Part shown: piece after piece, positions 25,801 through 37,371 of the stretch
Layout: each line of letters opens with the position of its first letter
Numbering within the stretch: position 1 is the stretch's first letter
Assembly: GCA_008632985.1 (NCBI GenBank)
Contig: QPGO01000048.1
Coordinates: 310,001-374,000, forward strand
DNA: 64,000 nt
Direction of reading: 5' to 3'
Source: Psammoneis japonica
Lineage: Eukaryota
The notes under the pieces: model-generated
Databases searched by the model: none
What the model was told of the DNA's origin: nothing
Seen by the model: only the letters and a program-made list of their open reading frames with translations
Position numbers and translations under genes: made by a program

Positions 25801-27289
25801 AGAGTTTCTGAGCTTTCACAAAGGAGAGTCACAAGGATGGATTTAACCAGTGGGCAACAGAAGACATGACAGAGCTCATGTTTGCTGTGTTTGGTGCCTG
25901 TTTCCTGTCACATCAAAAAAATCATTGAAACTTCCAGTGCTGTCACATTTGGCAGAAGCACAACCAACTGCTGTTTTTTCATTAACTCAGCTGACAAAAG
26001 GCCATGTCAAAGGCTCAAATCTGTTCTGTTTCAGTTGTGCACTCAGAAGATGGACAACACATGGGTGCCAAAGGCTCTTTTGGCATTTCAAAACAGCAGC
26101 TTCTTGACAGGTTGTTGAGAGGATTGGCTCTGTAAGTCACCCAACTTTTGCCTCTGCCAACAGAGCAAATGGCTTTCTCCAGCTGCAGATGTTGACAAAT
26201 TTGCACATTCACAGCACAAAGTCAAAGTGCTGCAGTGGCAAGGATCAGGACAAAGCAGATGGCAGAAAAGGAGAAGAGAGCACACAGAGCATCTCAAAGC
26301 TGAGCACTCGGTGCCAAGTCATGAACAATGAAGTGCACTTGTCACAAAGACATCATTGCACCCAGGACAACTTCATCAAATTGGGGAAACTTGCATTGAC
26401 ACACCTAAAATTCATCATGCTTGCACACAAAACAGCACACGAAGTTGCTGCATTTGTCAATGAGACAAGTGGACCATGTCAGAGAAACAAAACACCATTG
26501 CCAAGAAAACATGAGAGCACAAAATGGTCAAGAAAATGCCATGATGACATGGACTGAAGCACTTCAGAAGCCAACTGGAGAAGTGAAGCCCAGAAGAAGA
26601 CTGCCTCTGCCAAAAGAAGCTGGTCATTAAAAACCATTCATGCTTGAGCCATTTTTGGCCTCCACCAAGCAGCAGAGCCAATCTCTCAAGCTCTGCAGCT
26701 TTCAAACAAGAACAGCTGAAAGGAAAGGTGGAAGCCGTGGAAGGAAACCCCAAGGAGAAGAAACAATGGAGCATCGCAAATGCCAGATCAGGTGCAAAAA
26801 ATGTGTGATGACATGAGGTGTGGTGTGCCAAAATTGAAAAAGCAAGTTTCTGTGGGGCGTGCATTGGAGCCTGGAACAAGCACAAAAAATGTGCTCAAAT
26901 GTCACAATTCAGTGTGTGGCACCATTCTCCACAAGGTGAAACACAATGGGTGCATGACATGTGTGCCAACACAGAAGAAGAGCAGGGTTGAAACTGCAAC
27001 TTTTGGCTCTGGAACAAAAGAGTGAAATTGACAAAATCAGAGGCTGCTGCACCAAGAAGGCAAAGGCTGTCAAAAGCTGAACCAGGAACAAAGAGAAAAT
27101 CAAGCCGAAATGTCAGATCTCAAATGCACGGCATTGTTCTTTGGCACATTGAAAAAAATGTGTCAAAGAAAAGGGTTCAGAGCTGCTGCTTCTGCCCCCC
27201 CAGAAATGCCCTCCACTTTGCCAAAGTGCTGCCTTTGTTCAACTCCCAATCTCAAGTCCTGTCAACACTCAAGCTGGAGCTGACAATGC

Positions 27290-27900
27290 AAAAATGAAAG
27301 ACACCTGCACAAAGTTGATGTGTGGCACTGATGGAGGTTCTGGCTGGCCATGGACTTGCAAGGGAGGCCAATGCTTTCTGAAACTGCTGCATTGACAAAG
27401 GTCATTGGAGCTTGATGTGCCACCAAAGAAGAAGAAGAAGAAAAATTGCAAACTTGGAAAGCACCACAACAAACTTGCACTGCAGCAAGTGCTCGCAGTT
27501 TGTGAGCAACAAGTGTTGTGAAAAAGCAAACAGACTGCAAAACTGGGGGAGAGCAAGAGGCAACAAAAAGCAACACTTGTGCCAATGCATTTGGGCACCA
27601 ATCTGCTTCATTTGCAGTGCCACAAAGGCTTTCAGAAGTTGATGCATGATGCAGCACACATTGGCTGGCATTGCTGGTGCAATCAAGAGAAGCAAATTCA
27701 CAGAGGGCATCTTTCACAAAGTGGTTGGGTTGTGATGGATGTGCAATGGTGGAAGGTGAGTGTGCTGTGCATGTGCTGCACTGGCAGCTGACAGATGCCA
27801 GCACACATCCTGTGGTGACACAACCGTCTTTGAGGTGGGGGTTGGAGGAGCAAATGTGCATGTTGCCTGCACAGCTCTTGCATTTGTTTTGCTGAGCAGA
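27290..27900 (+). pseudogene. Ulp1/C48 cysteine-protease-like remnant
   Basis: 'GHWSLM...KIANLES' (cf. HWxL...I.xLDS) and downstream 'GECAVHVL' (cf. DCGVYV). Confidence 0.45.
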
Positions 27901-30900
27901 CACCATGTGTGGGCACAGCTGCACATCAGCTGCATGCCAACCTGCATCAGGAAGAGGTCATGCCTTTGACCAGTTCCTGCCAAGATGAACTTGGAGCAAA
28001 GCCTTTTGTTTGTTGATGAAGAAGTTTGTGTGTGAGTGCAAAGTGAGCACACAACTCACATGACCAAACACTTCTTAGAGGAACACACCAACTTAGAAAT
28101 TGTTCCACAACTGCTGTCAGCAGCAATCTTCTTTGTGGCTGGCTCTCAAGTTTGCTGCCAAATTTGGCACATGAGACACAGCAACATTGCTCCTGCAAGT
28201 GTGCAAAAAACTGCTTGAGCCAACTTGCACCACACAGCAATGCTTGTCAAACTGCCTGCAGCTGCAGCCATGAAAAAGAGGAGTGCTCCTTTTGCTCCCT
28301 TTGGTGTCCTGAGAAGAAAAGCTGCAGAAAAGTGGGCACCACCAGTTTGCGCACAAGCTGCACAGCTCTCCCACTGACAAAAACAGTCCAGCACTCAAGT
28401 TGAGTGTGCCACACCAGCTGCAGTGCTGGAGCAAGCAAGGGGTGGACATTCTTTTTTCCAAACTCTGTGCACATCATGGACAGAGACAGAACATTGAAGC
28501 CAAGCTGGAGAGGTGCCTGCTTGTGTGCAAGCTGTTGGGGGAAAATGCCCTGACTCTGCACTCAAGAACAACAAGCCAGCAGCCAGAAAATTTGCCACCA
28601 AGGCAGGGGTCAGAGCTTTGCAAAACAATGCACAGACACTCCTGTGGCACCAAAAGCATCTTCATCAACAGGAGAGCACAGCACAGAAGTGCTGTTTGGG
28701 GCATTTTGTGCAAAAGCCTGCAGAGATGACAAAAACTCAGGACCATGTTGCAACAATGGCAGTTGAGTTGAGAGGCTGCTCAAAGGATGGAAGATGGGGA
28801 TGATGTGCAGCCCCTGACAGACAGCGAGTTGGCAGACTTGTTTGAGTGCAGAGTGCCAAGCCCTTCCTTGGGGCAGCACTGCGCATGGCTCTCCAGGGCT
28901 TCAATCCACTTGCTTGCACAATTTCTGAGCTTGTCTCATTTTGTGAATGAGTTGAACAAGTTGAGGCTGCCAAAGGCAGCTAAATGGCCAAGGATGAGAG
29001 AAGATTCTGCATGAGCATGGGTGCAAAAATGACAACCTGAGGTGGCTTGAAGCCGGTGGCAAGCAAAATGCAAAGTTGCACACTCTGCACAATGGCGCCA
29101 GCTGTGGTCTTTTGTTCCTAGAATGCTGCACTTTTAAGTGTCTGGTCAAAATGATCAAGGCCAGTGTGTGTTTTCAACCAAGTCAAAAGAAAAAGAAAAA
29201 TCAAGAGCTGAGTTCTAAATGGCCAAAGCAGCAGTCTCAAGAATGCACTGCCTCAAGACAAAAAGAAACCCAAGCCAGAAGTCAACTCTCAGGACTTGAG
29301 CTGGTTCGATTCTCTTTCACTCTGCAGCGCAGTTGTGAGAATGAGCTTGCTCAAGGTTGTCATGCCTGAGAAAAAGGCCAACACAACATGCTGAAAACTT
29401 TGGCAGCAGTGCAGACAAATGTTCATGTCCCAGTGCTCAGCTGAACTTTGCTGGAACTCGTGTTGCAGCAGGCACACCAAGAAAATGGCAAAAAGCACAA
29501 GAAGCATGTTGTGTTGGATCTGCCCCATTTGCAGCCTTGAATGATGGGCATGGCAAAGGCACAACAATGTGAAAAGCTTCTGTTGGGCAGTGGAGCGCCA
29601 GTGGGGCTTGAGCTGATGACAGGAAGCACCAGAAAAAAAACTGCAGCTTCTGCCAAGAGATGTGCCAGAATGCTGATCTTGCCAGCTCTTTCTCAACAAA
29701 CAAGCAAAGCATTGTTGAGCTGGTGACACCAGAGATGTCTGATGTGCCATGCTGTCAAACCAACCAGCTTGTTTGCAATCCAGCAGAAAGTTTGGCAACT
29801 GTGATGTGATTGCCAGCCAAGGTGCTTTGGAGAGCTGCAAGGTGTTGACACACATCATCATTTTCTTAAAACAAGTGTTGTCAAATGGCTGGTGGCCAGT
29901 GAAAAAATGCCAGTGTAGAGCACAGATGCCATTGCAAAGACAACAGATGTTGTTCCCCAATTTCTTTGGGAGTTGGGCATCCCAAAAAAGTGACAGTGAG
30001 AGAATTTTGGCCATTGCTGCAGCACAAAGTGGTGTCAGCCAGCAGATTTGCCTCAAGTCAACAGAGCTGCCAAAAGTTTGGACAATTTTTAGAAGTGAGA
30101 GTTGCCAGATGTCACATCCCATGTCATTCTGTAAACCTGGCCATGCAGGTGTCCATGACCAAGGAAGATTGTCCACAACAGTTGAGCCAAATTCAAGCAA
30201 ATGAGGTCCACAGGCAATGAGCTCTGCAGTCAAGCATGCACAGCCTGGCTGCATGGTCATTTTAGACCCAGCCCAGGACATGGAGTTGGGCAAAAGGAAG
30301 ACCCCTGCGGAGCAGTGCACTTGCAGTGTGGTTGCATTTGCTGTGCTGAAAGCTGAGGTGCACACTGAGGACAGCAAACCAAGCCCAGTGCAGCTGGTGT
30401 TTGGCAGGGATGCCACACCAAATGTCGCCAACTCTTGCACCAAATGGAAATGCACTTGCAGGACAGAAAGCAGCAGAAGCTTGTTTGCTGCACAAACAAT
30501 GAGAGAGAGAGAGAGAGAGCTCCAAGCACAGAGAGTGGGTGTCGATGCACTGTGCAGAGCACTTGGTGCTTGCCAAGTGGGGACAAAAAACAACAAACCA
30601 CAGGGCTGACTGTCATGCAGGTTTTGTCAACAGACCAGCTCTGCAGATGATGGTCAGACCCAGAGAGCCAAGCAGATGTCTCTTTGAGATCTGCCTCTCT
30701 TGCTCTTTTTCTTGTGCTCAGACACATGTCATCACTGTCACAGATTTGTGAGAAGCAAGCCATTCTTGCTGGTTGTGGGGCCTTGAAATTCTGTGCTGGG
30801 ATCTTTGAGTTGATTGTCAGGTTGTTTTTTTTGCTGTTTTGTGTGCACAAGCCAAATGAGCCTGCCTCTTTCTTTGACTTTTGCAGGATCTTTTGGTTGA

Positions 30901-31400
30901 CATTTTCCAGGATGCAGGACAACACTGGCGAGTTTTTGCACATGCATGTCAAACTTTTTTTGAGACAAAACACCACCACCCAGAGCCACGTTGCCAAAGA
31001 TTGAGCACTGAAGTTGACCCCACAACCCCGCTCTTTTCTCAAGTGATTTGTTGCAAGAGCTCCAACAGCATGCTCTGCAGCAGGGCTCTCACAGCCCCCC
31101 CCCCCCTCCCCATCTTCTTTGCAGGTGAGAGGATGCATTTTGCACGGGCTCAACACTGGATTTGGGTGATTTTTTTGTGACAGTTCCAGCTGCACCAAGC
31201 CCAAGGAGGACTTTGCTCAGTGCTCTTCTGCAAGTGTGTTGTTCACAAAGGCACCTTTCCCGTGACAAAAAGCAGGCAGGAGAAACTCCTCTTGTTGCCA
31301 GAGTTGTCCTGTGCAAAAATGGTGACACCATGCGCCACATGCACAAAAGACGGTGCATGACTGACAGGCATGCACAATCTGTGGCAGATGCCCCCCCCCC

Positions 31401-31640
31401 NNNNNNNNNNNNNNNNNNNNNNNNNNNNNNNNNNNNNNNNNNNNNNNNNNNNNNNNNNNNNNNNNNNNNNNNNNNNNNNNNNNNNNNNNNNNNNNNNNNN
31501 NNNNNNNNNNNNNNNNNNNNNNNNNNNNNNNNNNNNNNNNNNNNNNNNNNNNNNNNNNNNNNNNNNNNNNNNNNNNNNNNNNNNNNNNNNNNNNNNNNNN
31601 NNNNNNNNNNNNNNNNNNNNNNNNNNNNNNNNNNNNNNNN
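31401..31640. other. Assembly gap (240 N)
   Basis: Run of N. Confidence 1.
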
Positions 31641-31885
31641 CACCGGGGACACACGGCATTTTATCGCATTTGGCGACATTTTCTTAAATGAATTGATGAT
31701 TTGTCGCGAAAAGACGCGAATTGCGACAAAATGTCCGGGTTGGCGATAAACGGGACAGAAACATTGTTTAATTAAGTTATGAAATGATTAATGTCATTTA
31801 TAACCAACCTGAACTTTGGCGATGTCGTTTCAATAAGTGGGGTAATTAACAGAATTTGGCGATCGATGTCATCGACGAAAATTCA

Positions 31886-32088
31886 TCCGACAAAATTTGT
31901 CGTATACGACAAAATTTGTCGGACATCCGACAAATTTGTCGGATGTCCGACAAAATTTGTCGGCATACGACAAGACACGACACGACACGACACGACACGA
32001 CAAGACACGACACGACACGACACGACAAGACACGACACGACACGACACGACAAGACACGACACGACACGACACGTCACGACACGACGA
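31886..32088. repeat. Four ~20-bp palindromic units (CGACAAAATTTGTCG) followed by a (CACGA)n microsatellite
   Basis: Direct reading. Confidence 0.95.
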
Positions 32089-32360
32089 CTCACGAACGAA
32101 ACACCCACGCCCCCCGCACACGCTAACCGCTAACGTCTCCGTTGACACTACCGGTATGTCTCTTTTGCGCGATGATGCAAAGCGACGATCATGCCGCTCT
32201 CGGCGGTCTCCATACTCTCGTCAATACCGTGACAACAACACTTCTACATAGTGCAACGGAATGTACCGGTATGTATTGCTGTACTGTACCTTTTATCAGT
32301 ACGACTGGGCACTTCTGAATGTTGGGGAGCGTTGCGTTATCGGTATGTCGCAAACGTCCG

Positions 32361-32570
32361 TCTGTCGGCGTTTGTCGGCTCTTGTCGGCTCTTGTCGGCG
32401 CTTGTCGTACGTTGTCGGGGTTTGTCGGGGTTTGTCGGGGCTTGTCGGGGTTTGTCGGGGTTTGTCGGGGTTTGTCGGATACGACAAAATTTGTCGTACG
32501 TCCGACAAAATTTGTCGTACATCCGACAAAATTTGTCGTATCCGACAAAATTTGTCGTACGTACGACAAA
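32361..32570. repeat. (TTTGTCGGGG)n decamer array followed by 4-5 palindromic CGACAAAATTTGTCG units
   Basis: Direct reading. Confidence 0.95.
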
Positions 32571-32958
32571 ATCGCCAAAACATTAATTAATAAGTACAGT
32601 CTTCGCCGAAAGTTAAATTCATCATATAGCACTGTAGTTGATATAACGTGTGTGTTTAGGACACGCCATCGCCAATTAAATGATGATTTTGTCTTATTTA
32701 TCGCCAACGGTTGAAATTTGTCTCAAAGGGCGTTTTTCACGACAAATCGTCCAATTCATTTATGGGAATGTCGCAATTGGCGACAAAATGCCGTGTGTCC
32801 CGGGGCGTGTGCGTGCCCCTGGGTCTTTCCGGTTGGGTTTTCGGATTCGGGCGGGCGAGTGCGTGTTTAAAAAAAATGTGATGCGAGCGTGCGCGCGACC
32901 GAGTGTGAAACGAAAGATAAGCTAAGCTCGCAAGAGAAGGAAAAACTTCGAAGCCTAT

Positions 32959-34836
32959 CTATTTCCAGAAACGGCGAGATTTCTTTCCACGCTTACTTTG
33001 TTTCTTGCTTGGTGTTGTGCCAAGAATCTGAGCGTTACTGTACTCGTCGTCCTGTGAGAACTGATGTCGAATTCTCAAGTTCGCGGTCAGGTCAGCAATC
33101 TGCTGCTCCAGCTCCTCTACCTGAATCTTACCTTGCTCGTTCTCTCTCGTCGATTCATCTCTAATTTTATCCAGAAGATTCTTGGCAACCGTTTGTTCCC
33201 GTAATAACCGTTGAGATGATGCCCTATATCCAGCTTCTTGTGATTGGGAATCAAGCAGCTGACGTCCAAGCACATCAATTTCATCACGAAGGTTTGCAAT
33301 GTCATTGTTCAGCGCGTCGATTTCTTTCATTTCTTCTTCAGTCACAGCTGTTTCATCTACGTGCTCTGCCGTGAGGGTAGCACGAAGTCGCGATATTTCC
33401 CCTTCATAGTGTTGCGCTTGATCTTCAAGAGCACTCTGAAGCAATGCCTCATACTCCTCCCCTATCATATTTGCTTTCTTCGGTGATTTTTCGTCACTGG
33501 GAAGTGCGTAAAAGTTAGGCATTTGGTAGTTTCTGTCATCAAAAGTACTGTGATGACCATAATCGTCACTTTCAGAATTAAACGATTCAACTGAATCAAA
33601 TGCACTTCTTGTCGCCCCACCAACTCCTCCAACATCGTTGTGTAGTGGCCGCCTTATTGATGGACACTCCAACAAATCCCCTCGATGCGCAAATTCTTCA
33701 TTCGCGTAATCCCATATCCGAAGTGTCGCTAGCTCTAGTGAAAACGTATGCCCACTCTCTCTATTGTGTTCCTCTGCGTGCATGTTGCTGTATCTGCCGC
33801 ATCCTACAAAGCTGCATGACAGGCACACCCAAAGTGTTTCTTGCATACCGCAACGATTGCAAAACAGCTCCACCCGATTGTCGTTGCGCATAGAAAGCTC
33901 AGAAAGAGCGGCCTCTTGGTTTTGCTTAAGCGAGTCATTTTCGGCTAGCGCTCTACCGCCCGCTTTCACAACAGTTTCACGATAATCATGAATAACATGG
34001 CAAGCTCTGCAATGCGAAGGAGGCGGCCAGGGAGAAAGAAAGGATTGCTTCGTACAGTCCGTGGACTTGGATCCATTCTTGCTTGTGATTCCACAAAAAT
34101 TGGAGCATAAGTGGTGGTTCTTAGGTTTTGGCAGGCCGATCCTTAATGGGTCGATCCTGTGCAAACAGACTGGGCAAGGTGGTATTTCGATTTGCACTGC
34201 TAGCGCCGCGACGGTGCTGCTCCTCTCGTTACAAGTTTTGTTGACAAACTTTACAGCAGAAAGTGGAAGAGCCTTAATTAGTCTTTCGTGATCAGCAGCC
34301 ATGCTCTCGCCGTTGAGAGCGTCCAATATGTCAGTGGTCCACCGTATGGACGACGAGGGAGGTTCGATCAAGAGGATATCTGCCGAGCTCTCTCCGTTCT
34401 GGCGAATGGCCCCGCGAACACGAGTGTGAGAGAGAGATGGATGGATTTTAAAAGCTAATTCCTTCGATAGAATCTTGCTGCTCTCTGTGTCAAGCCATTC
34501 CATTGACTCGGAATTCGGCTTGGGGCAGATTGATTTGTCATCGCTGCTTGCGATGTCAGCCAACAATGTAGGCAGAAAGTCTTTTGGAATAAAGATTGCC
34601 ACAAAACTAAGCGCATCCACAGCGTCTGTGATATGAAATCGAGTGTCAGGAGATATACTGAGAGACGACGATGCCACGATGAATGCTTCACTGGTCGAAG
34701 CTCTATGTGCGCAAACTTCGTTCAAAACTGCATCCATACCACAGTTGCAGTTGCCGGGACTTTGTGCTTCGCTCGAGCTGCAGCGATCACAGCTCAATTC
34801 TGCAGTCAAGAAAAAATAAGAAATACCACTCATCAT
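32959..34836 (-). CDS. BRCA1-associated protein (BRAP/IMP/Etp1)-like E3 ligase with UBP-type zinc finger and coiled coil
   Basis: CPVCLHRID, ZnF-UBP 'LWVCLSC..VGCGRY...HA..H...SGH......RIWDY', and a C-terminal coiled coil. Confidence 0.85.
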   Translation of the reverse strand: MMSGISYFFLTAELSCDRCSSSEAQSPGNCNCGMDAVLNEVCAHRASTSEAFIVASSSLSISPDTRFHITDAVDALSFVAIFIPKDFLPTLLADIASSDDKSICPKPNSESMEWLDTESSKILSKELAFKIHPSLSHTRVRGAIRQNGESSADILLIEPPSSSIRWTTDILDALNGESMAADHERLIKALPLSAVKFVNKTCNERSSTVAALAVQIEIPPCPVCLHRIDPLRIGLPKPKNHHLCSNFCGITSKNGSKSTDCTKQSFLSPWPPPSHCRACHVIHDYRETVVKAGGRALAENDSLKQNQEAALSELSMRNDNRVELFCNRCGMQETLWVCLSCSFVGCGRYSNMHAEEHNRESGHTFSLELATLRIWDYANEEFAHRGDLLECPSIRRPLHNDVGGVGGATRSAFDSVESFNSESDDYGHHSTFDDRNYQMPNFYALPSDEKSPKKANMIGEEYEALLQSALEDQAQHYEGEISRLRATLTAEHVDETAVTEEEMKEIDALNNDIANLRDEIDVLGRQLLDSQSQEAGYRASSQRLLREQTVAKNLLDKIRDESTRENEQGKIQVEELEQQIADLTANLRIRHQFSQDDEYSNAQILGTTPSKKQSKRGKKSRRFWK

Positions 34837-35138
34837 GACCACAGCTATTTTTTGTACTTGTTGTCAACTTGCTATGTCGGCCGTCGCCGTCGAATCTCAT
34901 CTTCAAAACCTCCAAAATAATAGTGTGTTCGTGTGTCCAGGCCCGCCCGCGCGCGCTTTCAGCTTGATGCAAGGTCTGTCCACACCCGTTAAGGGGTTTT
35001 TGGTTCTTGAGTTTAACCCTTGGGCCAACAGACGCAACGCCTTTGAAAATATGCAAGAAAATGAAACTACTTGATCTATTCACGTGCTCTCTAGAGAGAG
35101 TATAAAGAGAGTCCGAGTTCGTAGATAAGCAATACCCT

Positions 35139-36845
35139 CTAGTTAATGTCATCCGTAGCTCTCTGATCCCCAAGGCCACGCAGCTGCACGCGATCTAGAC
35201 CCGATATGTAAGAACCAAGAAGATGATGGCGCCAGAGACTTTTGCTCAAAAGGATATCGTGCAATTGCCATAAAACAGCGGCGCGCAATGCTTCGCGTCC
35301 GCCCTTCAATCCGCCAACTTCGTGCATACTACTAGAACCTCCAAGCCGTCGAGGACGAACTAGATACACCTGACCAGGAACTACAAGGCGCGCTTCTTCG
35401 CCTTCACTACCGTGAGCGTGTGTCTTTAAACTTGATACCTAGGATCCGCAAACCGTCGTATGTGAGTGCAACAAGACATTGCAAAGTGCTGACACCAAAA
35501 AGTTAGACGGAAGGTGGAACTTTCTACTCACCGTGAGCGACACTGTGTCTGTCATCCGACTCAATTGTCTTCCGAAAAAGCCTCCCTTCATTGACTTTTG
35601 TGTCCGCTCACATAACCGATCCAAACTCTCCGCAGTTGTGCGCGTAACAACATCATCCCCATAGATAATTGACGTGACAAAGGCTGCCTTAACGTTCGCC
35701 GAAAGGCAAGGCGGTGCGCCTAATACGACAGCCGAAGAACGCCCTTGTCCACACCCTTCCAGCTGAAACGAAGTCACGTTGGCGGATGAACTCTCCCGCG
35801 CTTCTTTTTTTTCGGATACACACTCTCCAGCGTCTGAGCTTGTTCGGCGCCTTTTCCGCTTTCGGCGTTTGGAGGAACCATCCTCCGATGGAAGGGGTAA
35901 GCTCCCATCCAAAATCGTAGCAGCCAAGCTTGCAATCCCTCCAGCCACCGACTGCCCAACAAAATGAATGGCGATTTCAGAGCTGTTGTATCTTTGTAGT
36001 ATCGGCTGTAGAACATCTTTTAGAAGCCTTCCAGCAGCTCTGTAGAGACTCCCCTGGACTGAAACAACCTCGTTTGCAACCAGACCTGTGTGTAAGCCCA
36101 CAAGCAAAGGCTGCTCATCCAATAATGCTAGTGTGCGAGGTAAGTCGTGCACCAACGAGTCACCGACGACGACCAATAGCCGGCCATGATGTGAAGAACG
36201 CTCCAACGGAGCTGCTTCCACCAGATCTTCAATGCCGCCGTGGTCGAGACCTGCGCCGCCTTGATACAAAGGCTCATACAAGACAAGAACCGTCAGATTC
36301 ATCCCTTCCGTTACCAATGTGGTTGCATTAACTACTATTTCCCTGCCAACAAGAGTTCCGTTAGCGTTCTCCTTCATCTCCTCCATGAGAATCGAAGGCT
36401 CCTCAAGAAGCTCGCAGAGTTCTGCCGCAAAAAGAGCATCGGCAGCACTCCCAGCACGAGCTGCGCTTCGACGGGCTCTCCCAGAGACGGAAGCATCAAA
36501 AGATTCTCCGCTACTACGATGGGTTCGTTGGTATGCCTCGTGAGCCGCGCCATCGAATTTTTTCAGCGTGCCCTGAGCTGAAGAAAGTGCTGCAAGCGCT
36601 CGCTCCACTTCAGCCGTATCCGGTTGCCTCTCACCTTCTGGGAAGGAAAGACGCTTCTTAATGACGCCTGCCAATAGTTCATAAACATTACTACTATTTT
36701 TCGAACCTTTCTGTCGCTTGCGTTTTGACGGGGAAGCACCGCCGCGGCAGATCTCTAACGCTTTCAAGGGCAACAGATGGGCACTTGCGTTGTTGTAAGA
36801 AAAAGAAAGAGTCGCAACAAGCAAATAGAAAAGCAAACGGTTCAT
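35139..36845 (-). CDS. Lipase class 3-like alpha/beta hydrolase with signal peptide; exons 36845-35532, 35438-35139
   Basis: HFVGQSVAGGIA, GAPPC and DDVVTR motifs, hydrophobic N-terminus with RGG, and an in-frame GTGAG..TAG intron 35531-35439. Confidence 0.75.
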
Positions 36846-37371
36846 GTTGAAATTCGTATTGTTGTGTTGGCTGATACCGTATGGAGGGCGTCGAGGATAG
36901 CTATTCGAGTCTTCGTGTTGGTTGACGGGTGTCGATCTCCACATGCAGGGTGCAGGAGTTCGTGATTGAGCTCATCCAGCCGAACAACGCGAAAAAGGGG
37001 GAGGTGAGGGGGGTCGGGCGTGGAGGCAATCACGTACTTGTTACACGTGCTTTTAGTACTACACGCTCTACATGTTGTAAATACGGTACCGTAGGGTTCG
37101 ACCTCCCAAGCCGGGAGTGGTAGGGTTCGTACCGGTATCCTTCACCCCCCCCCCCCAACAAAATGGATTCCGTCCCGCTGGTAAAGGTTGAAGGTATTAC
37201 AATGCTAAATTGACAGAAGACCATGAGCAAGAGAAATGAGAATTGCTATCTGTCGGAACACATAGAAAGCAATACCTGGTAGAATCGAAAAGCCATCATT
37301 CGACATACGAGCGGCGCGGAGTGATCGAGGGGGGCGTATTTGGAAGCAGCAACAGGCACTCCAACCAAAAA

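Larger units (their letters stand above)
12400..31400. mobile_element. Large decayed DNA transposon block (Plavaka-type, possibly nested). Left end approximate; right end lost in the assembly gap
   Basis: Continuous TpA depletion from ~13.1 kb to the gap, with remnants of a Plavaka transposase, an accessory ORF and a Ulp1-like protease. Confidence 0.7.
31641..32805. mobile_element. Non-autonomous TIR element (~1.16 kb) filled with internal repeats
   Basis: ~75-bp imperfect TIRs (GGGACACACGGCATTTT... at 31646 / ...AAAATGCCGTGTGTCCC ending 32801), with mirror-placed arrays of CGACAAAATTTGTCG. Confidence 0.85.

Noticed and set aside
29289..31204. Long ORFs of 435 aa and 315 aa as real genes
   Set aside because: No recognisable domains. 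The length is explained by loss of TAA/TAG stops.
13090..31400. Classical fungal RIP as the cause of the skew
   Set aside because: RIP raises TpA and lowers CpA/TpG. The observed skew is the opposite.
31089..31749. ORFs spanning the N run
   Set aside because: Artefacts of the assembly gap.
31886..32570. Palindromic ~20-bp repeats resembling a CRISPR array
   Set aside because: Units are separated by only 2-5 bp with no unique spacers, lie inside a TIR element, and the context is eukaryotic with no cas genes.
31791..32714. Repetitive ORFs (DTTRH, CRVVS, TNFVG)
   Set aside because: Translations of micro- and minisatellites.
37091..37130. Two GTAGGGTTCG copies resembling telomeric repeat
   Set aside because: Only two separated copies in a bidirectional promoter region, not an array.
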